From contig JAHEYW010000004.1 in NCBI GenBank assembly GCA_023251395.1, positions 1 through 43,090 of the forward strand: a DNA stretch of 43,090 nucleotides, read 5' to 3'. The notes below the pieces were generated by a model that had not been told where the DNA came from, did no database searches, and saw nothing but the letters and a program-made list of their open reading frames with translations. The DNA is from Bacteroidales bacterium (GTDB lineage Bacteria; Bacteroidota; Bacteroidia; Bacteroidales; VadinHA17). Position numbers and translations under genes: made by a program. Shown piece after piece: positions 28,680 through 37,023 of the stretch (positions are counted from its first letter, which is position 1; each line of letters opens with the position of its first letter).

Positions 28680-28771
28680 GATTTATGAAATTCTTTACTG
28701 AGTAAAGACGGCAGATTTTATTGAATGTTACAATTATATGTATCAAAATTACTCCTGATGCGTTTGATTTT

Positions 28772-29185
28772 TCAGAGCCTGAGTTTTTCTGATATTGATA
28801 TCAGGTTATCAAGATCATTATCATATTCTTTGACCAGTTTCTGAGGAAATTCACCAAACCCTTTCATTCTTCTTGATTTTGAATTATTAAGAGTTTCCCA
28901 GATTTTTGTTTTTTTGGCGTTAATAACCCGTTGCAGGCTTTGAACAGTTTTTTCGGTGTTATATTTTTCTTTTAACAGGCAAATCAATGAAAGTGCTTCG
29001 CCAATCACTTTATTATTATGTTCAATAGTTTCATTATCAATATCATTATTGATCTCATAACAGCATCCCTGGTTTGAATTTACCATCATCTGCTGCATAT
29101 CGATGAGTAACTGCTCAACTACAATTAAGGTGGATGATAGAGATCTTTTGTGATTTTCCGCAAGTATAATTATGTCCTGGTCCAT
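28772..29185 (-). CDS. Hypothetical cytoplasmic, probably helical, protein
   Basis: ORF with no signal peptide and no recognisable motif. Confidence 0.45.
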   Translation of the reverse strand: MDQDIIILAENHKRSLSSTLIVVEQLLIDMQQMMVNSNQGCCYEINNDIDNETIEHNNKVIGEALSLICLLKEKYNTEKTVQSLQRVINAKKTKIWETLNNSKSRRMKGFGEFPQKLVKEYDNDLDNLISISEKLRL

Positions 29186-29312
29186 GTTGCATCAATTTAT
29201 AAGAATTTGAAACAACAAAGGAACATATAATGTGCGGATTTTTTGGAAAGTCAGATCTTTTCATTTACCAATCCGTTTTTATGGTATGGTCAATTTGATT
29301 TTACAACCTGAC

Positions 29313-30215
29313 TTAAAAATTAATGTGTTTCAGACTATCAATCACATCATCGATCCGTACCCAGAAAACACCAACATCGGAATAATCGGCTTTGGTGCCA
29401 GTTGAATAGAACAGGTATTTATTATCAGGAGTAACCCAGGGACCCCAGCTTCCAAGGCCGAAGTCAATTTTACGACCAAAGTTTACCGGGTTTGTCCAGC
29501 TCCCATCATTCTTCCTGAAACTAATACTTAATCCGGGACGGTTTGTTACTATCATATAAGACTCGTCGGGCGAAACAAAAAAGTCGAGATTATCGACAAT
29601 ATTGTTCAGCGGCCTTCCCAGGCTTATTGCAGTGGTATCAATACCTTTTATAAAAACCTTGCACCAGTCATTTAACCCAAGACCATTGCCTGAATTGGTT
29701 GATATATAATAATTTCCATTTCTTGTAGTCTGGCAATAATGTGCTTTAATTAGCCTGGTTAAGATCCTTTTGGGATTTCCCCAGGCAGATCCCTTTTTTA
29801 CAGTGATATATGACTCGGAATTGTTTATTAAATCCTTCCTTTCAAAGTACATCGTATCTCCTGTAACTGATAAGGCAGGTGCATAGCCATCAAACATATC
29901 GAAAGGGCCTTCCCATTTTCCGTTTGAGAAGCTATACCTTTTAATATTCTCTCCTTTTATGGGGTAGTAACTTTTAATCTCCGAATAATAGATATTTTTC
30001 CCGTCAGGCGAGATTGCAATACGTTCTGCAGCGAAGAATCCCTGTTTGACCGTCAGCGGGAATCTCTTAGGTGTATTTGCGGGAGGGATCTGACCCAGAT
30101 AAAGGTTTCCGGCAGGTATTGATTGAGTAAAACCGGATAGTCCAACAGATGAAAAAACCAGCGAAATAAAAATTGTTTTTATTCCGGGCACGATCTTAAT
30201 AGTTTTGGTGCACAT
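29313..30215 (-). CDS. Secreted beta-propeller-like protein (PD40/TolB-like repeats)
   Basis: Signal peptide present. Repeated SPDG/TPDN..Y(F)YS motifs (ISPDGKNIYYS, VSPDESYMIV, VTPDNKYLFYS). Confidence 0.6.
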   Translation of the reverse strand: MCTKTIKIVPGIKTIFISLVFSSVGLSGFTQSIPAGNLYLGQIPPANTPKRFPLTVKQGFFAAERIAISPDGKNIYYSEIKSYYPIKGENIKRYSFSNGKWEGPFDMFDGYAPALSVTGDTMYFERKDLINNSESYITVKKGSAWGNPKRILTRLIKAHYCQTTRNGNYYISTNSGNGLGLNDWCKVFIKGIDTTAISLGRPLNNIVDNLDFFVSPDESYMIVTNRPGLSISFRKNDGSWTNPVNFGRKIDFGLGSWGPWVTPDNKYLFYSTGTKADYSDVGVFWVRIDDVIDSLKHINF

Positions 30216-30250
30216 TTCTATTTAAGGTTTTAGTTTAAAGAAATTTAAAC

Positions 30251-30321
30251 CCAAAGGAAACAGAGATGGAAACTAAATCAAAGGAAAATATGGTAAGCGG
30301 TCCGAAAATGTGTTAAGCGGT
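30251..30321 (-). promoter_or_regulatory. Predicted LytTR-box pair plus activator-dependent promoter (copy 1)
   Basis: In gene orientation: ACCGCTTAACACATTTTCGG, then ACCGCTTACCATATTTTCC, then TTTG, 23 nt, TTTG. 52/71 positions are identical to 41159-41229 without gaps. Confidence 0.6.
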
Positions 30322-30492
30322 TCTTACAGATATCATTGATAGTCAGGCAAACTTCGGGGCTGATAATTTCAATAAAATCAGGCACGCTTTAACTCTCAAA
30401 TATTCAGGCAGTTGATAAATTTATTCAATTATTTTTCAGTTTTCTTGTAATAAATCATGATTTAGTTATACTTTATAGGAAACAATTTCAAA

Positions 30493-30996
30493 ATGAAACC
30501 ATTGAAGGAGGAATTTCTCGAGATTATATCAAATTATCAGGGAATCTTGCACAAGGTTAACTTCATCTATTTCAGGAATAGTACTGACAGGGAGGATAAC
30601 TTCCAGGAAATCCTGTACCAGCTCTGGAAATCATATCCCGATTTAAAAAACAGAGAAAGCATTGGGTCCTGGATTTATGCTGTTTCAATAAATACCTCTA
30701 TTTCCAGATTAAAGAAAAAATCGCAGATTGAGTATCGGGAAGAGTTGCCCGAATCCATTGATACAAATGATTATGATGAAGAAATGTCAAAGGATAATAA
30801 TCTCAGGATGTTACTGGAGGCAATAAGCAACCTCAATGAAATCGATAAATCAATTTTGCTGCTATATCTGGAAGAAAGGAGTTATGATGAAATCTCTGAA
30901 GTACTGGGTATTTCAAAATCCAATGTAGGCGTCCGGATTAACAGGGCAAAAGAATCATTGAAAAAAACATTAAATCTCAAAGAAAATGGGAACTGA
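30493..30996 (+). CDS. ECF-type RNA polymerase sigma-70 factor
   Basis: Region 2-like EDNFQEILYQLWKSY and region 4 HTH SYDEISEVLGISKSNVGVRINRAK. Confidence 0.85.
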   Translation: MKPLKEEFLEIISNYQGILHKVNFIYFRNSTDREDNFQEILYQLWKSYPDLKNRESIGSWIYAVSINTSISRLKKKSQIEYREELPESIDTNDYDEEMSKDNNLRMLLEAISNLNEIDKSILLLYLEERSYDEISEVLGISKSNVGVRINRAKESLKKTLNLKENGN

Positions 30997-31606
30997 CAAT
31001 CTACAAAACATCTGGAAAAATATTGATTCGGAAATTAAGCATAAGACAATGTATGAGCTGAATCAATCCTTGGCTGCAACAACCAGGAAAACAATGAAAA
31101 AATTTCTGATATTACTGATGATCGATATAGTTGTCTGTGTCGGCCTGATCATCTTCCTTATCATTACAGCCCTAAACAGGCAGGGAGACCTTTTATACCA
31201 GCTAAACAATACAGTACTTGGCATAATTACGCTTATTTCATTGGTTGTTTCATTACTTATGCTGAAGAAGCTTCATAACAATAAATTCGACCTTCCATTA
31301 AAGGATTGGATGGCGCAGAGAATCAGTTTGTTATCAAGATGGGCAACGGGGAAGTACTGTAAACTCTATATAGTCTTATTGCCCATACTTTTAGTTTTGA
31401 TAAACCTATCAATACATGTCTATTATGAATGCAAACCATTTATTGAAGTAATAAAAAATACAGAATCGGAAATTGGTTTGATTGTAGGGTTCATTGTGGG
31501 CTCTGTCGTTGCCCTTTTCACCGCAAAAAAAATACGAGAATATCAGATTAAGAATCTTGAGTACATGAAAAATTTGTATGCCCGGCTGACCAAAGATTCC
31601 CTTTGA
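30986..31606 (+). CDS. Putative membrane anti-sigma-like protein (multi-TM)
   Basis: Its start overlaps the sigma-factor stop by 11 nt. Several TM segments. No recognisable anti-sigma domain, so the call rests on context only. Confidence 0.4.
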   Translation: MGTDNLQNIWKNIDSEIKHKTMYELNQSLAATTRKTMKKFLILLMIDIVVCVGLIIFLIITALNRQGDLLYQLNNTVLGIITLISLVVSLLMLKKLHNNKFDLPLKDWMAQRISLLSRWATGKYCKLYIVLLPILLVLINLSIHVYYECKPFIEVIKNTESEIGLIVGFIVGSVVALFTAKKIREYQIKNLEYMKNLYARLTKDSL

Positions 31607-31660
31607 AAATGGTTTTGAAATATTGGATATTGAGAATAATAAAGCATAAAAATTAACTGA

Positions 31661-32788
31661 ATGAAAAAGATATTAATATTTGCATTTGTTCTTATGATAA
31701 GTGCTTCCATATGCGGAGCAGAGATTATCAAAGTTGGATTGTCGGACGGTGAAACAATTTCCGGCAGGCTGATGCTCCCACGGGATAAAGATAATGTTCC
31801 CCTGCTTATCATATTTGTTCACGGAACCGGTCCTAATACTTATATCAACAAGAGAAAAATAGGGAATGTGGAATTTAACTATTTCGATCTTTTTGCGGAT
31901 GAATTTAACAAAAGAGGTATTGGATTTTTCACGTACAACAGGAGAGGGGTTGATATAGGAGACAAGCCCCCTTACTTTGATAAAATTGATTCGGTAAGAT
32001 ACACGAAATACCTGCCGGAAACTGAAGCTGAAGATATTGAATCAATGATATCACAGCTAAGGCATGACAAAAGACTTTCAAATTCAAAAATAGCCTTGCT
32101 TGGTGGCAGTGAAGGGACAATTATTGCTTCAATGGTAGCTGACAGGAAAGTTGAAAAAATCGATGGACTATTGCTGTTTGGTTATGCAAACGATAATTTG
32201 TATGATATAATAAAATGGCAATACTCCGGAAACTCATCTATTGTTAACCTTCGCAAATATTTTGATGTTAATAAGGACAATCTGATAAGCAGGAGAGAGT
32301 ATGAGTCGACAGATTCCAGCGCACTTTTAGGAAGGACCCGGGTATTAGGTAACGCTTCTTTTGAATCACTCAATATTGTTAAAGACACTGTCCTTGATTA
32401 TCAAGATTTTGCCGCAAGAACAATCCCCTTCTTTGAATATATACTAAAAATGGTCAGTTCAGGTAATGATGCGTGGATATGGCAGAATTATTTCAGGGTA
32501 ACGAGCGGTTGGCTGAAAGCACATTTTCAACTTGAGGCTAATAAAACAAGATTGTTAAGGATTGATATTCCGATTTACATATTTCAGGGTATTGAAGATG
32601 GAAGTGTTCCTGTTGAAGGAGCTTATAATATACAAAACAGATTCAGACAAGCCGGTAAAACAAATTTAAAGTGTTTCTTTTTTGAGGGACACAATCACGA
32701 CCTTAATTATCTCGACTGGCCCTATAAGCATAAGATCTCAGACGGGTTGAATTCAATTTTTAACACATCAGAATTGCTGTTGAGGTAA
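31661..32788 (+). CDS. Secreted alpha/beta hydrolase
   Basis: Signal peptide present, oxyanion-like FVHGTGPN, nucleophile elbow LLGGSEGT, C-terminal FFEGHNHDL. Confidence 0.7.
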   Translation: MKKILIFAFVLMISASICGAEIIKVGLSDGETISGRLMLPRDKDNVPLLIIFVHGTGPNTYINKRKIGNVEFNYFDLFADEFNKRGIGFFTYNRRGVDIGDKPPYFDKIDSVRYTKYLPETEAEDIESMISQLRHDKRLSNSKIALLGGSEGTIIASMVADRKVEKIDGLLLFGYANDNLYDIIKWQYSGNSSIVNLRKYFDVNKDNLISRREYESTDSSALLGRTRVLGNASFESLNIVKDTVLDYQDFAARTIPFFEYILKMVSSGNDAWIWQNYFRVTSGWLKAHFQLEANKTRLLRIDIPIYIFQGIEDGSVPVEGAYNIQNRFRQAGKTNLKCFFFEGHNHDLNYLDWPYKHKISDGLNSIFNTSELLLR

Positions 32789-32928
32789 GGAATTACGTGA
32801 TACGGCTGAATTCTGGCATTCAGATAAAATATATTCCCGTTTCCCCAAAACAAGAGTTTAAAACTTAAAACCAGGATGCCATCAGACTGGTTTAATTGGT
32901 TGGCTTTTAAAAATATTCTGACAATTTA

Positions 32929-32958
32929 TTGTTTATATTATAAACTTGTTTATATTTG
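32929..32958 (+). promoter_or_regulatory. Candidate Bacteroidota-type promoter with overlapping palindrome
   Basis: TATATTTG (32951-32958) fits the -7 consensus TAnnTTTG, 15 nt before the ATG. A TTG lies 19 nt upstream of it. Palindrome GTTTATA-T-TATAAAC at 32931-32945. TTGTTTATATT occurs at both 32929 and 32947. Confidence 0.4.
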
Positions 32959-32972
32959 CATAAAACTATACT

Positions 32973-33557
32973 ATGGAAAGCAAAGAATTTACACCATCAG
33001 AAAGCTTAGCTTTAATTACGAATGTAATACTAGAGGCTAAATCAAGATTTAAGGATAATGGCTTTTCGTTCATATTTATTGGATTATGCAGTTTTGTCGC
33101 AAGTTTAGCGCAATTTGTCCTTCTTAAACTGGAATATTACCGTATTGATTATTATCCATATTTTATTATGCCTGTAGCCGCCGCAGTTACATACTTTTAT
33201 TATAAAAAGAAAAGAGATGCAACTAAGTCAAAAAATATTATTGGCAGATTTATCAGTATTCTTAGTGGTATACTGGGATTTAATTTAATGGTTGCCGGGT
33301 TTTTCTTTTGGAGTAAATTTGGAATTGCATTAATTCCCTTTATGTTGATTCTGTTCTCAATGTGGCCGCTTATGGCAGGTATTCTGATCAAAAGCAGAGT
33401 TTTCATGATTTCAGGATTAGTAATTAATATAATTGCTTACGTGTCTTTCTTTATTTCAAGAGAGTATCATCCGTTGATCTTATCGATCGTTTCTTTAATC
33501 GGAATTGTTATACCGGGATTAATCCTTAATTATTCAAGTAAAGAGAGCCATGTATAA
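32973..33557 (+). CDS. Hypothetical multi-TM membrane protein
   Basis: Five to six hydrophobic segments. Its stop overlaps the downstream regulator gene by 8 nt. Confidence 0.6.
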   Translation: MESKEFTPSESLALITNVILEAKSRFKDNGFSFIFIGLCSFVASLAQFVLLKLEYYRIDYYPYFIMPVAAAVTYFYYKKKRDATKSKNIIGRFISILSGILGFNLMVAGFFFWSKFGIALIPFMLILFSMWPLMAGILIKSRVFMISGLVINIIAYVSFFISREYHPLILSIVSLIGIVIPGLILNYSSKESHV

Positions 33558-33840
33558 AGACCTGGATCCATTATTGCATTCCCAATTACGTCTCGCCATT
33601 GTTTCTCTCCTGATGACAAGTGATGAGGTCGATTTTAACCTTATAAAGGAAACAACTAATGCGACCTCCGGCAATATCAGTGTTCAGATAAAAAAGCTAC
33701 AGGAAGCGGGCTATATTGAAGTTGTGAAATCATTTAAGAACAATTATCAAAATACATCACTTACAATAACGAAGAAGGGGATAAAAGCATTTGAAGAATA
33801 TGTTGAGAGTCTAAAACAATACCTTAAAACGGATAATTGA
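33550..33840 (+). CDS. Small winged-helix transcriptional regulator (HTH_34-like)
   Basis: LDPLLHSQLRLAIVSLL ... SGNISVQIKKLQEAGYIEV ... ITKKGIKAFEEY matches the pattern I recall for PF13601-type winged-helix proteins. Confidence 0.7.
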   Translation: MYKDLDPLLHSQLRLAIVSLLMTSDEVDFNLIKETTNATSGNISVQIKKLQEAGYIEVVKSFKNNYQNTSLTITKKGIKAFEEYVESLKQYLKTDN

Positions 33841-33894
33841 TTTTTTTTATCAATATAGTTTATAAAATAAAGTAATTTATAAAAACAAATAGCA

Positions 33895-34722
33895 ATGAAA
33901 AAAACAATAATTTATTTAATCTGCACAGTATTTCTTACGAATACGGGCAGGGGAAACATCATGATTTCGAAACAGGAATCAGATTCATTTATTTATTCCC
34001 CGGCTGCCGCCACGTATAGGACTAATCAAACCGACACATTGTTGATCAATATTCAGGCGCATGTGCAAAATGCTTTTGTTAATGGGAAAATAAGTAATTC
34101 AGATAAAGACCTTGCTGGTCTGGAAAAGGAATTATTGAGTATGAACAGGAACAATAACAATAGCATTATTACCTACTGGTACTCTTACGCCTGTTATTAT
34201 CATTCTATTTTATTCCTGATGCAAAAAGAAAATAAGCGAGCAGAGAAGATCCTTGATGAAGGAATTATACAGTTAAATAAAATCCCGAATCCAAATTCAG
34301 AACATCTCGCATTACTGTCTTTAATGGAAAGTCTTTCGATACAATATGCTTCGGGAATGGAAATCCCGGGTATTTCAAAACAGGCCAGGCAAAATGCTGA
34401 AAAAGCTTTACAGCTTGATTCTCTAAATCTCCGGGCTTATTATGTTTTAGGGTCAAATGATTTTTACTCACCAGCACAGTATGGCGGGGGTAAAAAAGCT
34501 GCCGGCTATTTATTAAAAGCAATCAGATTGAAAGAGCAGTCTGTTGCAAATCCAATTTTACCAAGCTGGGGAAAGAACAGTGCTTATGAAATGCTTATCC
34601 GGGTGTATATAAAGCAAAAACTATATGATGAGGCAAAAAAATATTACAAGGAAGCATCTGCTTTGTATCCTTATGATTATATGATAATTAAACTTTCCGA
34701 AGAATTAAAAATACTAAAATGA
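33895..34722 (+). CDS. Hypothetical secreted helical-repeat (TPR-like) protein
   Basis: Has an N-terminal hydrophobic segment. Helical repeat character (AEKALQLDSLNLRAYYVLG, YDEAKKYYKEA). Its ATGA junction overlaps the next gene. Confidence 0.55.
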   Translation: MKKTIIYLICTVFLTNTGRGNIMISKQESDSFIYSPAAATYRTNQTDTLLINIQAHVQNAFVNGKISNSDKDLAGLEKELLSMNRNNNNSIITYWYSYACYYHSILFLMQKENKRAEKILDEGIIQLNKIPNPNSEHLALLSLMESLSIQYASGMEIPGISKQARQNAEKALQLDSLNLRAYYVLGSNDFYSPAQYGGGKKAAGYLLKAIRLKEQSVANPILPSWGKNSAYEMLIRVYIKQKLYDEAKKYYKEASALYPYDYMIIKLSEELKILK

Positions 34723-36872
34723 AAAAAATATTATTACTTCTTGTGATTGTTTTCCTGAATTCTTTGATTGCCACCTATTCTCAGACAATAATAATCAAAG
34801 GACATATCTCTGACATGCAGGGGGGCAACCTTGGGTTTGCAAACACATATTTGCAAAAGCAAATAACGATAGGCACATTATCAGATGTCTCCGGTGACTT
34901 TATTCTGAAGATCACAAATCCTGAAATTATTAAAGGGGAGCATCTGGTATTTTCATTCATTGGTTATAACCCATTAATTATATCCCTGGATAGTCTAGAC
35001 TTATCAGTCCCGGTCAATATAATCATGTCCGAAAATATTCAGACTTTAAATGAAGTTGTTGTTGAAGGACGAAAATCCATATCGATAGAATTCTCTATTA
35101 AGAAAATTGATCAGATGAAGATCTATTTAAATCCACTGGCGTCGGGAGATCCATTAAAGGCAATTGCTTTATTGCCTTCATCAACAAATACGAATGAGAC
35201 AGCCAATCCGGAGCTTCGGGGAAGTTCTTCCAATCGCACCAGGGTTTTCCTGAATGGGGTTCCGGTAAGCAATCCGGTACGGAATTCACAAATAAACGGG
35301 ATAGGATTTTTCAGTCTTTTTAATCCTGAATTAATTAAAAATATGCTGGTTTATCCTTCAAATCCTCCCCTCATTTATGGAAATACCAGTGCCGGGATGA
35401 TTGATATAGAAACAGAAGAAAAGTTAGAAAGCAGTAATTTTAATATTTCTGCTTCACTTGCAACAACAGGGATAAGCGCATCACAAAAAATATCTGAAAA
35501 AAGCTTTATCCAGTTTTATGGTAACCTGATGTTTTCAAATGGGTTTTTGTCTGTTAATCCTGAACTGAGCGATCATTTAAAAAGTTTTAATTCAAATGAT
35601 ATAGGTTTGAATTATCATAATGAAATCGCAAATAACATTTCATTGAACTTCTATAATTATTTTGTTTCTGAATCGTCTGATATATTACTTCGTCTTTTTA
35701 CATGGGACGATAACGCAAAAGCGAAAACCCAAAGGGATTTCAGCGTATTAAATTTAAAATATCACAAATCTAAGAATTACATCTCGCTCAACGCCGGAAC
35801 TAATTTCAGCCGGTCAGACTTTTCCTTTGGCAATATCAGTTCTATTGTCAGGCAAAGGCAGGCTTATTTTTCACTTAATTATAAGTACTTGTTTTCAGAG
35901 AAATTATATATTCAGACCGGGTTAAGTAATGAATTTGGAAAATTTGGTTTCAAAAGTGAGGTCCCGGTTTTCTACTATGCCATGTCACCTGCATCACCCT
36001 CGTTTCATAATGACACTTTACTTAGCAATAATTTACCGGAATCATATCTTTATCTTCGATGGAAACCTGTAAAAAATATTATTTGGGGAATTGGGATACG
36101 AAAGAACATCAATCTTTTGCAAACGGGCAAACCCGACTATTTAAGCTTACAAACGAATCTGAGATATAATTTTATGAATAGTCATTCAGTATTATTCTCC
36201 GCCGGCAGGTACAATAACCTGACCGAACCGGGTTATTCACAGATTGAATTCAGGAAGCTTTCAGCTGATCAGGTAGCATTGGAGTATCTGTTTGAAAACA
36301 AAAGAACGAATATTAATCTGGCCGCATACTATAAATTCGAAACAGGAGATCCAGCGGGTACCGGAAGGATAAAAGGGCTTGAGGTTTTTATTGAACGTAA
36401 TATATCCCGTACTTTAAAGGCAGGCATTTCAAACACAATTTTAGATTCGGATATCGGAGCGAATGAATTGTTGTACAACTCTGAAAATAATGTCGGATAT
36501 TTTCTTGTAACCACATTAAGTTATTTTAACCCCGGGTTGTTTAATGCATCTGTTAGCTGGTCGACCCGGCAGGGTAAATATTATACACCTGTGAACTATT
36601 CAATTTACAATCCGGAAGTAGATTTTTACCAGCCGGTTTATAGCGAAAACATAAATTCTCAAAGATTTGGTAACTACAATTCCATCAACCTGTCAATTAA
36701 TAAAATGATTGCTATCCATAAAAACAGCCTCGTCATTTTTGCATCCATATTTAATTTGCTGAATACCAATAATCCTAAAAGTATGATTTACAATAAAAAT
36801 TATTCAGCAGGGACATACGACTATTATCAGAAAAGATCAATCTATTTTGGGTGCATGCTTTCCTTTAAATAA
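34719..36872 (+). CDS. TonB-dependent receptor-like outer-membrane protein (CarboxypepD_reg + plug + barrel)
   Basis: N-terminal IIIKGHISD...GFANTYL, plug-like DPLKAIALLPS ... ELRGSSSNRTRVFLNGVPV, and a C-terminal aromatic residue (SFK). Confidence 0.7.
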   Translation: MKKILLLLVIVFLNSLIATYSQTIIIKGHISDMQGGNLGFANTYLQKQITIGTLSDVSGDFILKITNPEIIKGEHLVFSFIGYNPLIISLDSLDLSVPVNIIMSENIQTLNEVVVEGRKSISIEFSIKKIDQMKIYLNPLASGDPLKAIALLPSSTNTNETANPELRGSSSNRTRVFLNGVPVSNPVRNSQINGIGFFSLFNPELIKNMLVYPSNPPLIYGNTSAGMIDIETEEKLESSNFNISASLATTGISASQKISEKSFIQFYGNLMFSNGFLSVNPELSDHLKSFNSNDIGLNYHNEIANNISLNFYNYFVSESSDILLRLFTWDDNAKAKTQRDFSVLNLKYHKSKNYISLNAGTNFSRSDFSFGNISSIVRQRQAYFSLNYKYLFSEKLYIQTGLSNEFGKFGFKSEVPVFYYAMSPASPSFHNDTLLSNNLPESYLYLRWKPVKNIIWGIGIRKNINLLQTGKPDYLSLQTNLRYNFMNSHSVLFSAGRYNNLTEPGYSQIEFRKLSADQVALEYLFENKRTNINLAAYYKFETGDPAGTGRIKGLEVFIERNISRTLKAGISNTILDSDIGANELLYNSENNVGYFLVTTLSYFNPGLFNASVSWSTRQGKYYTPVNYSIYNPEVDFYQPVYSENINSQRFGNYNSINLSINKMIAIHKNSLVIFASIFNLLNTNNPKSMIYNKNYSAGTYDYYQKRSIYFGCMLSFK

Positions 36873-36916
36873 ATCTTAAGATCAGTTTTCAAAAAAAAAA
36901 GCAATTAGAAATCTTC

Positions 36917-36970
36917 AATCCGCAACCGAGCCGCAGGCAGGCTCGGCGAAGCCAATCCGCAATCCGCAAT
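36917..36970 (+). repeat. Composite intergenic element: AATCCGC heptamer x3 flanking a GC-rich hairpin
   Basis: AATCCGC at 36917, 36954 and 36961. The hairpin is CCGAGCC (36926-36932) pairing with GGCTCGG (36940-36946). Confidence 0.7.
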
Positions 36971-36977
36971 ATTACGT

Positions 36978-37008
36978 GGATTTACTTACATAGAAAATAA
37001 GTAAATCC
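36978..37008. terminator. Perfect 11-bp stem hairpin between convergent genes
   Basis: GGATTTACTTA (36978-36988) pairs with TAAGTAAATCC (36998-37008), loop 9 nt. Confidence 0.5.
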
Positions 37009-37023
37009 TATTGTGATAACTGG

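Noticed and set aside
28692-28706. The palindrome CTTTACT-G-AGTAAAG lies just upstream of the FtsX permease start.
   Set aside because: It is a 7-bp arm in AT-rich DNA with no second copy and no linked regulator, so it is not distinguishable from chance.
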